64,000 nt of DNA, from assembly GCA_040285745.1 (NCBI GenBank), contig JAUFOR010000008.1, forward strand, positions 1,488,001-1,552,000. The letters run 5' to 3'. A program made the translations under genes and the position numbers. The DNA is from Barthelona sp. PCE (taxonomy: Eukaryota). Numbering within the stretch: position 1 is the first letter of the stretch; each line of letters begins with the position of its first letter. Positions 50,600 through 60,424 of this stretch are shown here, one piece after another. Below the pieces are notes generated by a model. The model was not told where the DNA came from. It was given only the letters and a program-made list of their open reading frames with translations, and searched no databases.

Positions 50600-51211
50600 A
50601 TGAGCATTCCGAGCAAGTTCTCCAGCGCGGTTCTGGACTTCATTGAGGGCAAAATCGACACACATCACAAACATATAATCGATCTTGGTTGTGGAAAGGG
50701 AAATTTCTACTTTGAGAGTGTAGAACGCGGTCTGGATATGTACTATTCAGGCATTGATGCCAACGAGAAGGCCATCAACGAGTTCAAAGAAAAGATAATT
50801 GCTTTAGAACGTCAGTCTGGGTTAAGTCTTAATGTTTCTGTTTTTCCGGTCGATCTGGAAAGTGATGAGATGCTCCCTCCCGCTAACGCTGACATTTCAG
50901 TGTGTACATTGGTTTTACATCACATAGAAGATCACTCCAGTTTGATGGACAAGGTGTTGAGTAGTTCCATAGTTCGCAAGGAATCCTATCTTGTCTTTTC
51001 GGATTTGATGCCCGAAGAGGGACTCTTCCACCCGGAATCTATCCCTGTTGCACATAAGGGTGTAGATCCAGATATTTTCGCACAGCTGCTTGAAAAAAAG
51101 GGTCTTACCGTTGTTGATCGCACCGTTTTTGAAGGGTTCATGCGTAAATCACCCGTGGACGATGTTGAAAGAGAGTACAATCAGTGGGCTATCATTGCTA
51201 AGCGAGAGTAA
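50600..51211 (+). CDS. Class I SAM-dependent methyltransferase
   Basis: IIDLGCGKG, GIDAN, LVLHHIED, SDLMPEEGLFH; likely ATG at 50600. Confidence 0.9.
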   Translation: MSIPSKFSSAVLDFIEGKIDTHHKHIIDLGCGKGNFYFESVERGLDMYYSGIDANEKAINEFKEKIIALERQSGLSLNVSVFPVDLESDEMLPPANADISVCTLVLHHIEDHSSLMDKVLSSSIVRKESYLVFSDLMPEEGLFHPESIPVAHKGVDPDIFAQLLEKKGLTVVDRTVFEGFMRKSPVDDVEREYNQWAIIAKRE

Positions 51212-51219
51212 AAAAAAAT

Positions 51220-52263
51220 TTATTGTAGAGAAATTGCTCTCTGCAAAACCTGAATATCAATGTTGTCGTAGTCTATCTCCTCAGTTTCAACAGCAATCCA
51301 GTTGGGAGACTTGATTGACTTCAACCAATTGAAATCCTCGACGTTTCTGAAGAAATTTTCCTTCAAACAACACTTTTCGAATTCTCCTGCCTTTGTGGCA
51401 TATTCCATAACATAAGGAGAGAACTTGAGGCCGTTACAATGTTCAATAATGGGATTAGATCCAACAAAGACATAGAAATGAGTGTTAAACGTCTTGTGGA
51501 TCCTCAACTGATGACAGGCCATGTGCACTTCGCTGTTCCTCACGTTTGTGATATGCAGAGCACCAGACACCGGGCCAGAGTAGATATGGCAGTTCTCAAG
51601 CCCCTCAACCCAGAGGAAGGTGTATGCGCTTGGGAGTATGATTGTGCAATCCTTGAGATTTTGCAATGCAACGTCTTCGTTATCCTCTGTGAACTGGACG
51701 ATTGTCTCTCCCACGAGGTCAGCGAAACGGTACACGGCTTCAGGCTTGAAATCCTTCTTCTTATCTTCGACGTCGGCAACAACGATATCCTTACTCTTCT
51801 CCTTGTATTCAAGAGCCTTCTTTGACGTGAAACGGAAGCGCTTGGGGGGTTGCATACGGCCCTTTGTTCGGAAAAGAACAGTTTTTGATTTGTCAACAGC
51901 TTTTTGGCACTGACGCAAATCATAGCTTGTTAACTTGCCCGTCTGTGTGTTGAGCTCTTCCTGGAAGGCACGGAGGCGTGTGAAGAACCCATCAAAGAGC
52001 TCATCCAACACAGTATCCTCAGGGAGGGTTTCGATTTTAATGTCAGAAAGTAAAGTTGAAAATTCTTCGATTCTTTTCATAAATTTCAATGAGAATTCTT
52101 GGGCAGGAGGTTTGTGCTCGGCGACTGGGCGTCTTTGGCGACGTTTACGGAATCGGCGTTCGAAAGCGAGACGACGAGGATCCATTTTTTTCGTTTCGGT
52201 GTCCATATCATCGTTTTCAGGCGTGACAACGACAGATTTGACAGATTCAGTAGGAATTTCCAT
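51220..52263 (-). CDS. TBCC: Tubulin-specific chaperone C
   Basis: LTSYDLRQCQ, PPKRFRF, GPVSGAL, ACHQLRIH, PIIEHC, VEDFNWLK..SPNW. Confidence 0.95.
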   Translation of the reverse strand: MEIPTESVKSVVVTPENDDMDTETKKMDPRRLAFERRFRKRRQRRPVAEHKPPAQEFSLKFMKRIEEFSTLLSDIKIETLPEDTVLDELFDGFFTRLRAFQEELNTQTGKLTSYDLRQCQKAVDKSKTVLFRTKGRMQPPKRFRFTSKKALEYKEKSKDIVVADVEDKKKDFKPEAVYRFADLVGETIVQFTEDNEDVALQNLKDCTIILPSAYTFLWVEGLENCHIYSGPVSGALHITNVRNSEVHMACHQLRIHKTFNTHFYVFVGSNPIIEHCNGLKFSPYVMEYATKAGEFEKCCLKENFFRNVEDFNWLKSIKSPNWIAVETEEIDYDNIDIQVLQRAISLQ

Positions 52264-52573
52264 GACTGTTTGTATTTAGTACAGATAGAGGTTAAGAAAA
52301 CTCAAGCGGGTTATTTGCAACGCGGGAGTTCTCTTGTCATGCGCAACCATGTTCACCATTCTATTAGGGTGTGTTGAGTTGTGGAACATACTGTAAAATC
52401 ATGTAATGTTGATATTTTGAAAAATTATTCTAAGTGATGTTTACATGTAAAATATGATGTAAGTAAGGGCAAAATGAGTATAAAATCTCAAGCAACTTAT
52501 TAAAATGGGTATTATAAATCAGTAAAGGGTAGTGCAGGCAGGCAGATGTTTTTTCTTTTACACCTTATATCAC

Positions 52574-53518
52574 ATGTCGAAGTGCCACGTTGGTGTTTCA
52601 CTCAATCCTCCACCCCTCACACCTGAAGGAATGAGGGAATGGAAGGATAGTTCAAAAAATCACGCATTCCGGTCCACAGTTCTGTTCTACAAATGTGTAA
52701 AACAGAGCGGGTCCAAGTTTGACGTTCTCCCATTGCATCCATTAGACCTTACTATGACAGCAGACGATGTTATTATCGTAATGCATTCATATCTCACCGC
52801 ATCAACAGGTTTCTCAGCAGAGAAGGAGGCAACGCACATCCCAGAGAGCGAGGAGCAGGCCGAAATCGCAAAAGAAGATCATTTTGATCCTTTAATTCAA
52901 CAACAAGTTTGCATAACAGATTTGTTGGCTGAAATCAACCCCAAAATCGACGAAGAATGCATGAAAGAACCCTTCGTCAGTGTCAACGAACCGCTCTATG
53001 TTGTTTTCACGTTGCAAAATAATTCTCAAACAATCGACTTTTATTGCTGCACCGGATCTAACGCTGGAATGCTGAAGGGCTTTGCCACAGAGAAGCTCCT
53101 CCGTGTCCAACAGTATCTGGGTAACCTTTCATCAGAGGATTTGATGAAGGTTCACTGCGGGAACGGTGTTGCTGACGCCACTGACATATTCAAATGGGAC
53201 CTGCCTGAGATGGATGAGAACGACTTGGCTGCGTACGAATTGCTGGCAAACAACCACTTCTTGAGATTGTTGTATGTTAACAAGGATTATGAGAGGGTGG
53301 TAAGATCAGCGCTAGTTAAGGACGAAGCACAACAAAAGGAAGCAGAGGAACCAGTGGCAGACGAGGCAGAGAAAGTGGAATATAATTTCGAAGATAGTGT
53401 AAGCCAGGTCTTTGATATTTTGCTTCAGTTGAAGAACGAGTTTTTGTATGATTTGGAAAAAGACATTTTAACATCAATCCCAGCACTGGAGGAGGATGTA
53501 AGCATCCAAACCGAGTAA
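52574..53518 (+). CDS. Hypothetical acidic protein
   Basis: First ATG at 52574; no recognised motif. Confidence 0.75.
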   Translation: MSKCHVGVSLNPPPLTPEGMREWKDSSKNHAFRSTVLFYKCVKQSGSKFDVLPLHPLDLTMTADDVIIVMHSYLTASTGFSAEKEATHIPESEEQAEIAKEDHFDPLIQQQVCITDLLAEINPKIDEECMKEPFVSVNEPLYVVFTLQNNSQTIDFYCCTGSNAGMLKGFATEKLLRVQQYLGNLSSEDLMKVHCGNGVADATDIFKWDLPEMDENDLAAYELLANNHFLRLLYVNKDYERVVRSALVKDEAQQKEAEEPVADEAEKVEYNFEDSVSQVFDILLQLKNEFLYDLEKDILTSIPALEEDVSIQTE

Positions 53519-53547
53519 ATGTAATCAGTTAAGCAACAATTTTAATT

Positions 53548-54615
53548 TTACACAGATATCTTACCGTAGACATAACCAATGTTCATTGTATCGGTTTCCC
53601 AACCATAGTACATCAAGAATTCATCCCCCAATGCTTTAGCAGGATATAACATGACAAATTTCCGTTGGTCATCATCAAAAACTGGATTATCCATAACAGT
53701 AAACGATTTGACATGAGCAGTTGTTTGTTCACGGTCAATATGATCAATTTTGTATCCTATCATGCTTGTATGATCAACAAAATAATCTGTAATTGATGTA
53801 AAACCGTCAACATTCATGTATTCACCATCGTGTTGAACAAAGAAATACTGTGTCTCATATGATCCGTCGTCAGTAAAGGTCAATTCGATGTAATATACTT
53901 CATTCTCGTAACTTTGGGATGCAAAAAAGCAAACTTTCTCAGTTTCTTCGTTATAATCCATCAAAAGAGTTGCTGGGTTTAGGCTCAAGGGCAGCACCTC
54001 ACATTCACTGCTGTCAATCCTGAACAAGCACATCTGTCGATGTCCAATATAATTGATTGAGAGCATAACCCAGTCTTTTTTCAATATTCTTATGTCAATG
54101 ATTTCGTGACACATGGGGATGTTTTGGGTGGTGCGCTCACCAATACTTCCATCATCATTAATGCTGAAAATTTCCAAAGTGTTGTTGGTTTCTGTGTTGC
54201 CAAGTATGAGTTGATTTGAGGTGCAGTGCACAGACCAACTTTGGAAATCCCAGACGTGCTGCCCACCAAGCTCGATACATTGCGTTAATGGGTTGAAAAT
54301 CAATTCTTGAACAAATACGGATGCACAAAAGGCAAAAAAGTATCCTTTATCCCCATTAAACACAAAACAAGCATTGAAAGGTTCAGTATTAAGGATAGGA
54401 TGAGCTAAATAATGCTCTGTCTTTGTGTTAGAATTAAAATTGTGTAATTGAAGCATAATTTTCTTCACATCTTCTACAATCTCAAATTGTGCTGTCAGAA
54501 CGATGCCTGATTGGACAATCACTGAACTTTCTACATTTTCAAAAAGATGAAAGTTCTCTTTAACGTTTCTTTTAGCAGGAACATCCTCACTTGCAAGTTG
54601 GCTGACAGTAGGCAT
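53548..54615 (-). CDS. Hypothetical beta-rich (propeller-like) protein, 355 aa
   Basis: Long ATG-started ORF with a short beta-strand pattern. Confidence 0.75.
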   Translation of the reverse strand: MPTVSQLASEDVPAKRNVKENFHLFENVESSVIVQSGIVLTAQFEIVEDVKKIMLQLHNFNSNTKTEHYLAHPILNTEPFNACFVFNGDKGYFFAFCASVFVQELIFNPLTQCIELGGQHVWDFQSWSVHCTSNQLILGNTETNNTLEIFSINDDGSIGERTTQNIPMCHEIIDIRILKKDWVMLSINYIGHRQMCLFRIDSSECEVLPLSLNPATLLMDYNEETEKVCFFASQSYENEVYYIELTFTDDGSYETQYFFVQHDGEYMNVDGFTSITDYFVDHTSMIGYKIDHIDREQTTAHVKSFTVMDNPVFDDDQRKFVMLYPAKALGDEFLMYYGWETDTMNIGYVYGKISV

Positions 54616-54877
54616 TATATTTGATCTTATTAACTCTGAATGAAAGGGAAGAAAATTTTTTTACATGTTTTGGGTCAGTTTTTTGAGAATATACTTCGTA
54701 TAGTGAGTGTACATAGCCTTTATAAAAGCATTTTTTGTGTATTTACTGTATTAGAAAAAGGAAACGTAATCCCTGCTCAAAATAGATCCAATAGTGTTTT
54801 TCCTTTTAGCACATCAAATGAATGAAGTTTTTGTTATTGACACAATTTTCAAGAATACTCTAAAGTATTTACACAAG

Positions 54878-55213
54878 CTACAAGTCAGAGGTTGCTTCTT
54901 CAACAACTTTTTCTATTATACCCTTTTTACGCGAAAAAAACGATGAAAATAGTTCACCGATGACATCTGACGGGTCAGGGGCATTTGGAAATCCGATCAA
55001 AATGTACCACAAAACAATACCAATTACTAAGATAATCAGGTACACCATTATTGTGTGAATTTCATCGTTTAGCGAGTCTTTCACTGTGGTCACCTTCTTA
55101 TGGTGCGTAGTTGCGCGTTTCTGAGCGTTTCTACGGAGATTCTTCTCCATATTAAGATTTCTGTCCAGCTTTGGTCTGTAAATTGGCTTCTGAGGCCCTT
55201 TGCTTCGTCCCAT
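54878..55213 (-). CDS. Small single-TM protein with basic N-terminus
   Basis: ATG at 55213 (MGRSKGPQK); TM IMVYLIILVIGIVLWYILIG. Confidence 0.7.
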   Translation of the reverse strand: MGRSKGPQKPIYRPKLDRNLNMEKNLRRNAQKRATTHHKKVTTVKDSLNDEIHTIMVYLIILVIGIVLWYILIGFPNAPDPSDVIGELFSSFFSRKKGIIEKVVEEATSDL

Positions 55214-55460
55214 AACGCAGTTAAAAGTTAAATAGAGAGGATGAAAATCGAAAAACAAAAATTTTTCTTCTTTTCCACTGAACTGTATTTAAACTGTATG
55301 ACAGTGAACAATGAATAATTTTTACCCACAAAGCTCCAGCAGATAGCTTTTGAACGAGCTTCAGCATTCATTTTTTGGAGCTTAGCAAAATGCTAGTTTG
55401 CCATAATTTCAATTACTAAATTCTTTCTTAAACATCCAAAAGCCTTACATAAAACACTCT

Positions 55461-57839
55461 TTACTCTAAATTATTGATATTTCTCAGTAGGGATCTAATG
55501 GCCAATGAACTCTGATTCTTTCTAATGGTTACATGCTTTGTTGTCCTTAAAAGAGACCTCCTTTTGATGCCATCCATCCTGCGCACCACTCTCAACACTG
55601 TTTCCTGATTTGCTACCAACTTGTCGATGGAGCCGAGACTTACCTCATACTCTTCATCAGTCAGAAGCATCATTAATGACCTGATTGTGTTTTCGTTGAT
55701 CTCAAGTGCATCGAGGGCGTTCATCCTTATGGTTAAGTTGCGTTCCTTCAATAAGGCAGTTAACAGCAGCATTTCGCCATGAATACCCAACTTTGACAAC
55801 TGTTTCGCTGCGTATTTGGCGATGTCAGAGTTCTCCCTCATCAGACCGTAAACATACTGCTCAACACTACGTTCTTGTAGAAGAGAACAGTTACTCACTA
55901 AATGCTTTGAGAGATATAAGAGCGTCTGAATCGCGGTGGTCCTCAGAGAGTAAACCGGGGATGATGCCATGTCGTACATGAGCTGCACAATGCGGGCGAC
56001 TGTGCGGTGGTCTTCGCCATCCTTGAAACGTGCAAGACCACGAATAGAAGCCTGACGGAGTCTGGCTTGAGCAGCGCTATCCTCTGCTACGTCAAGGAGA
56101 TACTCTGCGCCGTTAGGGAACAGCAACAGCTGCTCAGCAATAAAGTGACGCGGTAGAGACCCCTTAATAAAGGCGTTCTGAACGAGATCAAAGTAAATTG
56201 GGTTTCTGCTCATGCATAGCCCAACAACAACTGCCTTTCTGGGTTTAACAAAGGAGTGGTCAAGGAGCTTTGTGATCACACCTATGTGCTCTTGGAACAC
56301 GCCAAGGGTTATAACACTTTCTTCGATTACCGTCAAATTAGTAGATTCCTCATACGTGTCAATGATCGCGACAAGGCGGGGCACATATTTCTTGAGCTGC
56401 AGTGACCTAATCAGTCGGATTGACTCAACTACGACGCGTGGATCTTCATCCGATAGTGTGTTCTTGAGGACCTGATCAAGCCAGTTGATTGCAATTTTAC
56501 GCACTGTCTTGGTTGTGGGCTCGGGGTTTGCTACCAGGTTCGTCAACAAAACTCTTAGATCAAAAGAAACAGAGATTTTCTCTTCGAAGATTGCGTTACA
56601 ATCAATGAGCTCAGGTACGTCCTCGATAAAGACAAATGGAACGTTGCGCATACCTCTTTTGACGGTGGAATCCATGCTCAGCTCCAATAAGCACGTATTT
56701 GACTCCTTCAACGAAATTTGCTTGAGTGCGCCGACTCGCATCTCGGCATCGCTTGAGTCAACCGCGAGCGTACACAACTCTTTCCCAGCACCGATACGGT
56801 GCAGCACACGGCAGGCCATACCAGATGGAATGGAGCCGGTAAGCGCAGCGTGGTAGACAATATGTCGAGACTCATGGGCCGCAGAGCCCAGCAATCCAAG
56901 ACCCGTGAGGCCGAGCATGCGTGTACTGATGTCGTTGGAGCGCAGCGCCCGGACAAATGATGGTCCTGTAAGCGCATGTATCAAATGCGAGTTTTGTGTG
57001 AGAACCTTGAGCACTTGCACTTCCTTTGAGGGATCGAGCTGGCTGGCAATGTCGAGCACGTATTTGATGGAGTCTAGCCCACCCATTAGTAGTAGAGAGA
57101 ATGCGTTTTCTGTAATGCTGTCTGTAGAGCCCAACAAGGCCTTGACTACCTCAACGGTCTCGTTGTATTGCAGGCACTCTATTCTTTCCTTGTAGAACGC
57201 AAGTACGCGGAGCACAACTGCCTCTTCAAACTCATCATCTTGGATTAAGAGCAAGAGAGCGCGTATAACGTCGACAGGAGTGCTTTCTGTAAGGAGCTCC
57301 TCCAGCGTGTCGATCGCAGCAATGACAACCTCGGGTCGCTTATGGTACAGATACTCAGTGTAGTGCTCTATTTTACCATTAAAACTGGCCTCCAGTGGTG
57401 GTGGTGGTATGATTGAGTAAGATTTCTGTGGTGATCTTGTCTGTAGCATGTTGTCTGCTGCGTGTGCGATCTCAAAATCAGCCATAGAACTGTCCATGTC
57501 CCGTTCAAATTCGTCTACATCTACATCTATATCGTTATATACATTATTAAGATTTGAAGTTGCCCTGGGCGGCTTTGTAAGAGTCTGTGATCGCTTCCTC
57601 GGGGAGAAAGAGGCGGTGAATGAGTGATCATACACCTCATTCAGAATAGTTGTGCTGTTTAAGTTAGTGCGCGTCAAGCTCTCATAGTCGTTACCAAAAT
57701 TTGGAGATGCAAAATGCGATGGAGATAGCGTTGCAAGCAGCTCCAACTGTGTTTTTGTTCGACTTGGGCTCGTTACGTGCGAAAATTTGAAGGAGTTTGT
57801 GAATTGCTCCATTTCGCTCAAAAAATTCTCGTCACTCAT
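55461..57839 (-). CDS. HEAT-repeat protein with disordered N-terminus
   Basis: ATG at 57839; repeats such as LSDEDPRVVVESIRLI, LLDHSFVKPRKAVVVGL, LLKERNLTIRMNALDAL. Confidence 0.8.
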   Translation of the reverse strand: MSDENFLSEMEQFTNSFKFSHVTSPSRTKTQLELLATLSPSHFASPNFGNDYESLTRTNLNSTTILNEVYDHSFTASFSPRKRSQTLTKPPRATSNLNNVYNDIDVDVDEFERDMDSSMADFEIAHAADNMLQTRSPQKSYSIIPPPPLEASFNGKIEHYTEYLYHKRPEVVIAAIDTLEELLTESTPVDVIRALLLLIQDDEFEEAVVLRVLAFYKERIECLQYNETVEVVKALLGSTDSITENAFSLLLMGGLDSIKYVLDIASQLDPSKEVQVLKVLTQNSHLIHALTGPSFVRALRSNDISTRMLGLTGLGLLGSAAHESRHIVYHAALTGSIPSGMACRVLHRIGAGKELCTLAVDSSDAEMRVGALKQISLKESNTCLLELSMDSTVKRGMRNVPFVFIEDVPELIDCNAIFEEKISVSFDLRVLLTNLVANPEPTTKTVRKIAINWLDQVLKNTLSDEDPRVVVESIRLIRSLQLKKYVPRLVAIIDTYEESTNLTVIEESVITLGVFQEHIGVITKLLDHSFVKPRKAVVVGLCMSRNPIYFDLVQNAFIKGSLPRHFIAEQLLLFPNGAEYLLDVAEDSAAQARLRQASIRGLARFKDGEDHRTVARIVQLMYDMASSPVYSLRTTAIQTLLYLSKHLVSNCSLLQERSVEQYVYGLMRENSDIAKYAAKQLSKLGIHGEMLLLTALLKERNLTIRMNALDALEINENTIRSLMMLLTDEEYEVSLGSIDKLVANQETVLRVVRRMDGIKRRSLLRTTKHVTIRKNQSSLAIRSLLRNINNLE

Positions 57840-57952
57840 GGGTCTATACGTGTTATGAATATAATAAGCAAAGTGAATTGGGTTAAAAACGTAGAACAAC
57901 TTGTTATCTCGTTAATCACGCAAATCAACCCTTGTTCACACTGCAAAAGCAA

Positions 57953-59302
57953 ATGGTACGCGATAAGTTGGATGAGGATAACCTGGGGCAAGGTGCCGTT
58001 GACTTAAAGACAATGTGCGATACAATTTATGCAGAGCTATCTGAAAGCAGTAGATCTGAGTATCTGAAGCAGGTGGATCTTGAAACAACCCCGTTTTACG
58101 AGCGGTTGGACATTCTGAAAGGCTTGAAGGATGCAGAAAGACAAAAAAATATGATTGAGCAATATGGTGGACGATCAACCACCCAGAACGAACCACAGTA
58201 CACTGCCGATGAGTTACCCAAGCAGAAGACAGAGCCTCGCTCCGTCCTCACGCAAGTTGCGACCGAGGAGGAAGAATATGAGTATGAGGAGGAAGTCGAG
58301 CAGGTTGAAATCGTTGGTGAGGGAAAGTACCGATCAAATTTACAGAAGGACGCCATCGAGGAGAAGAGAGGCGGAAATTCTGCAGTCGAAATAGCCGACG
58401 TCACTCGTTTTTATCTTACAGCAAGCGATGTAAGGAAAAGACTACACCAAACATACCCATCTGATCGTCTTGTTGGCTGGTTTGTCATTGTCAAGCCCCC
58501 GGAGCGCGCTGTCACACGCGGCGCCCCACCATATGTTATTGGTCAGATCAAGGAGTTGACCGAGATGCTTCACTTGAAGGTTCAGTTACCTTTTAGGAAG
58601 GATCCTTTGGAGATGGGCGTTAAATACCTGGTTGACAACATGCTGCCAAATCACATGATGTTCAGGAATTATGTTGAGGGTTTGCGTAGTTTTGATGTCC
58701 CTATTGCTGAGTTGGGTGAAGTGCAAGAGCTTAACACCAAAATATTCGACATTGCAGAGAAGGAGGCTAAAGATCGTGGGCGCCAAAACATCATGACGGA
58801 GAAGAAGGGTAAGCTATTTAGGAATACAGAGAATCTCATAGCAAAGTCACAATCGCTCCACACGAATATCAAATCATTTGCCAAGAGACAGTCCATATTT
58901 AAGAAAGAAATTAATGTCGATGACAGTATTTTCAAGAGGACCGAGATTCAAATCCAAAAGAAGGATAGCGTACGTTCTGTTGAGAACATTAACTTGGTTA
59001 ATGAATTGAGAAAAAGCCTAACAACATACAATATCAAGACAGATTTGACAGACGAAGATGTGGAGACCTTTTCGAAGGTCCTCCGTGATTATCAAAATGC
59101 TCTTGTCAACGTTACAGAGGAGAAGGACGAGCGTGTGTTTGGACAGTTTTTGACCGAGTTGGCAATGTCAGATATTAGTGCACTGGATAACGCTGAGGGA
59201 CTTTTTGATCACAGATGGGTGGATCTTTCACTTGAGGATGAGGATAAGTTGGATGAGAGCAAGATTGTAGATTTCGATGATTATTTACAAACGCAGCACT
59301 AG
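57953..59302 (+). CDS. RTF1: RTF1-like (Plus3 domain) transcription elongation factor
   Basis: HMD-like FYERLDIL segment and Plus3-like RFYLTASDVRKRLH..RLVGWFVIV..PYVIGQIKEL; divergent. Confidence 0.6.
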   Translation: MVRDKLDEDNLGQGAVDLKTMCDTIYAELSESSRSEYLKQVDLETTPFYERLDILKGLKDAERQKNMIEQYGGRSTTQNEPQYTADELPKQKTEPRSVLTQVATEEEEYEYEEEVEQVEIVGEGKYRSNLQKDAIEEKRGGNSAVEIADVTRFYLTASDVRKRLHQTYPSDRLVGWFVIVKPPERAVTRGAPPYVIGQIKELTEMLHLKVQLPFRKDPLEMGVKYLVDNMLPNHMMFRNYVEGLRSFDVPIAELGEVQELNTKIFDIAEKEAKDRGRQNIMTEKKGKLFRNTENLIAKSQSLHTNIKSFAKRQSIFKKEINVDDSIFKRTEIQIQKKDSVRSVENINLVNELRKSLTTYNIKTDLTDEDVETFSKVLRDYQNALVNVTEEKDERVFGQFLTELAMSDISALDNAEGLFDHRWVDLSLEDEDKLDESKIVDFDDYLQTQH

Positions 59303-59339
59303 ATAGTTGCTGTATTCTATGGATGAAAGTAAAACAAAT

Positions 59340-60248
59340 TTAATCTATCTTGGTTTTGCGACGATTACGGTGCTTTTCCAGTACATCTGTCACTCGTTCG
59401 AGTTCCTTATCGGCCAGGAGCGTACCTTTGCCCTTTGTGACCTTCATAACATACATTAAAGCGCAGTTAAAGGCAAACGGGATCAGTAACGTGGTGGCGT
59501 ATAAAGTTAATGCGGCCGTTGTTGGATCATTACTCAGCATCTCTAAAATAGTCAGGAGCAGGTTTCGCGTGTTGTACACCCATGACATGGAGAATATCTG
59601 AGCAAATCGCATGCCAAAAATGACGGCAAGAGCGGCGCTTAGAGAAACAAAAGCAAACATAAATGTAATGAATTTGGACCATCTGGGGCCACGGTTTCCG
59701 CGGCGGATGACTGCAAGCAGGTAATACATCTTTGATAGATACGTGACAGAGAGCACCATGAATGACATGGCAAATGTAACCATTGAAACAAAGGTGTGTG
59801 TGGCTTCACGGTCACCTACAAGCTTGAATTGCAAAAGATTGAGAAGCATGAAGCCGTTGAATGAGGTGTACTCCATAAATGCTTCCCAAACTTGTTTGGC
59901 TCCTAATAGTTTATGGGATGGGGGCGGTGTTGGGTTAAGCCATACGTTTGCAAGGTACCTCTCGCCCAGGTAGCATATGAAACGAGGCAGTGTGAACATT
60001 AAACAAGCTGCAATGTACGAGAAATTATTTACCCTGACAAAAGATGGGGTGGTGAAGTAAACAACAAATAACGTCCATGGATGTGTCAGTAGCATTGCAA
60101 TGCTGCCGAATATTAAGTTCAAAATACGAATAAAGAGCATCGTTAGCCTTCTTCCTTTTTCGACATCTATTTCGATTTTTGGCACTTCTTTGTCCTTTTT
60201 CTGCACACTCCGTCCCTGTACTCTTGTTCTATTCCGACCACGTGCCAT
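59340..60248 (-). CDS. Multi-pass membrane protein (~6 TM)
   Basis: Six hydrophobic segments with basic termini. Confidence 0.8.
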   Translation of the reverse strand: MARGRNRTRVQGRSVQKKDKEVPKIEIDVEKGRRLTMLFIRILNLIFGSIAMLLTHPWTLFVVYFTTPSFVRVNNFSYIAACLMFTLPRFICYLGERYLANVWLNPTPPPSHKLLGAKQVWEAFMEYTSFNGFMLLNLLQFKLVGDREATHTFVSMVTFAMSFMVLSVTYLSKMYYLLAVIRRGNRGPRWSKFITFMFAFVSLSAALAVIFGMRFAQIFSMSWVYNTRNLLLTILEMLSNDPTTAALTLYATTLLIPFAFNCALMYVMKVTKGKGTLLADKELERVTDVLEKHRNRRKTKID

Positions 60249-60424
60249 ATTTAGGTTAGAGAAGGAGAAAAACTATATATCGAGTATGCTAAACTTTTGA
60301 GAATGTTCCCACCATACATCAGGCGCAAATATTAGGGAATCGTACCTACATGAAACATTGTGAAGGCAATTGAGTGCTGTACCTTGGTTTTCCATTTTTT
60401 ACCATTTCAACCAACTTATACACA

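Noticed and set aside
22044-60424. Upstream TTG/GTG starts in the ORF track for many genes (22044 +, 27710 +, 27779 -, 29662 -, 38081 -, 52532 +, 57932 +, 60374 +)
   Set aside because: Each has a nearby downstream ATG after the T-rich tract, and the extensions translate promoter-like sequence. Only VPS13 and the M16 peptidase lack such an ATG.
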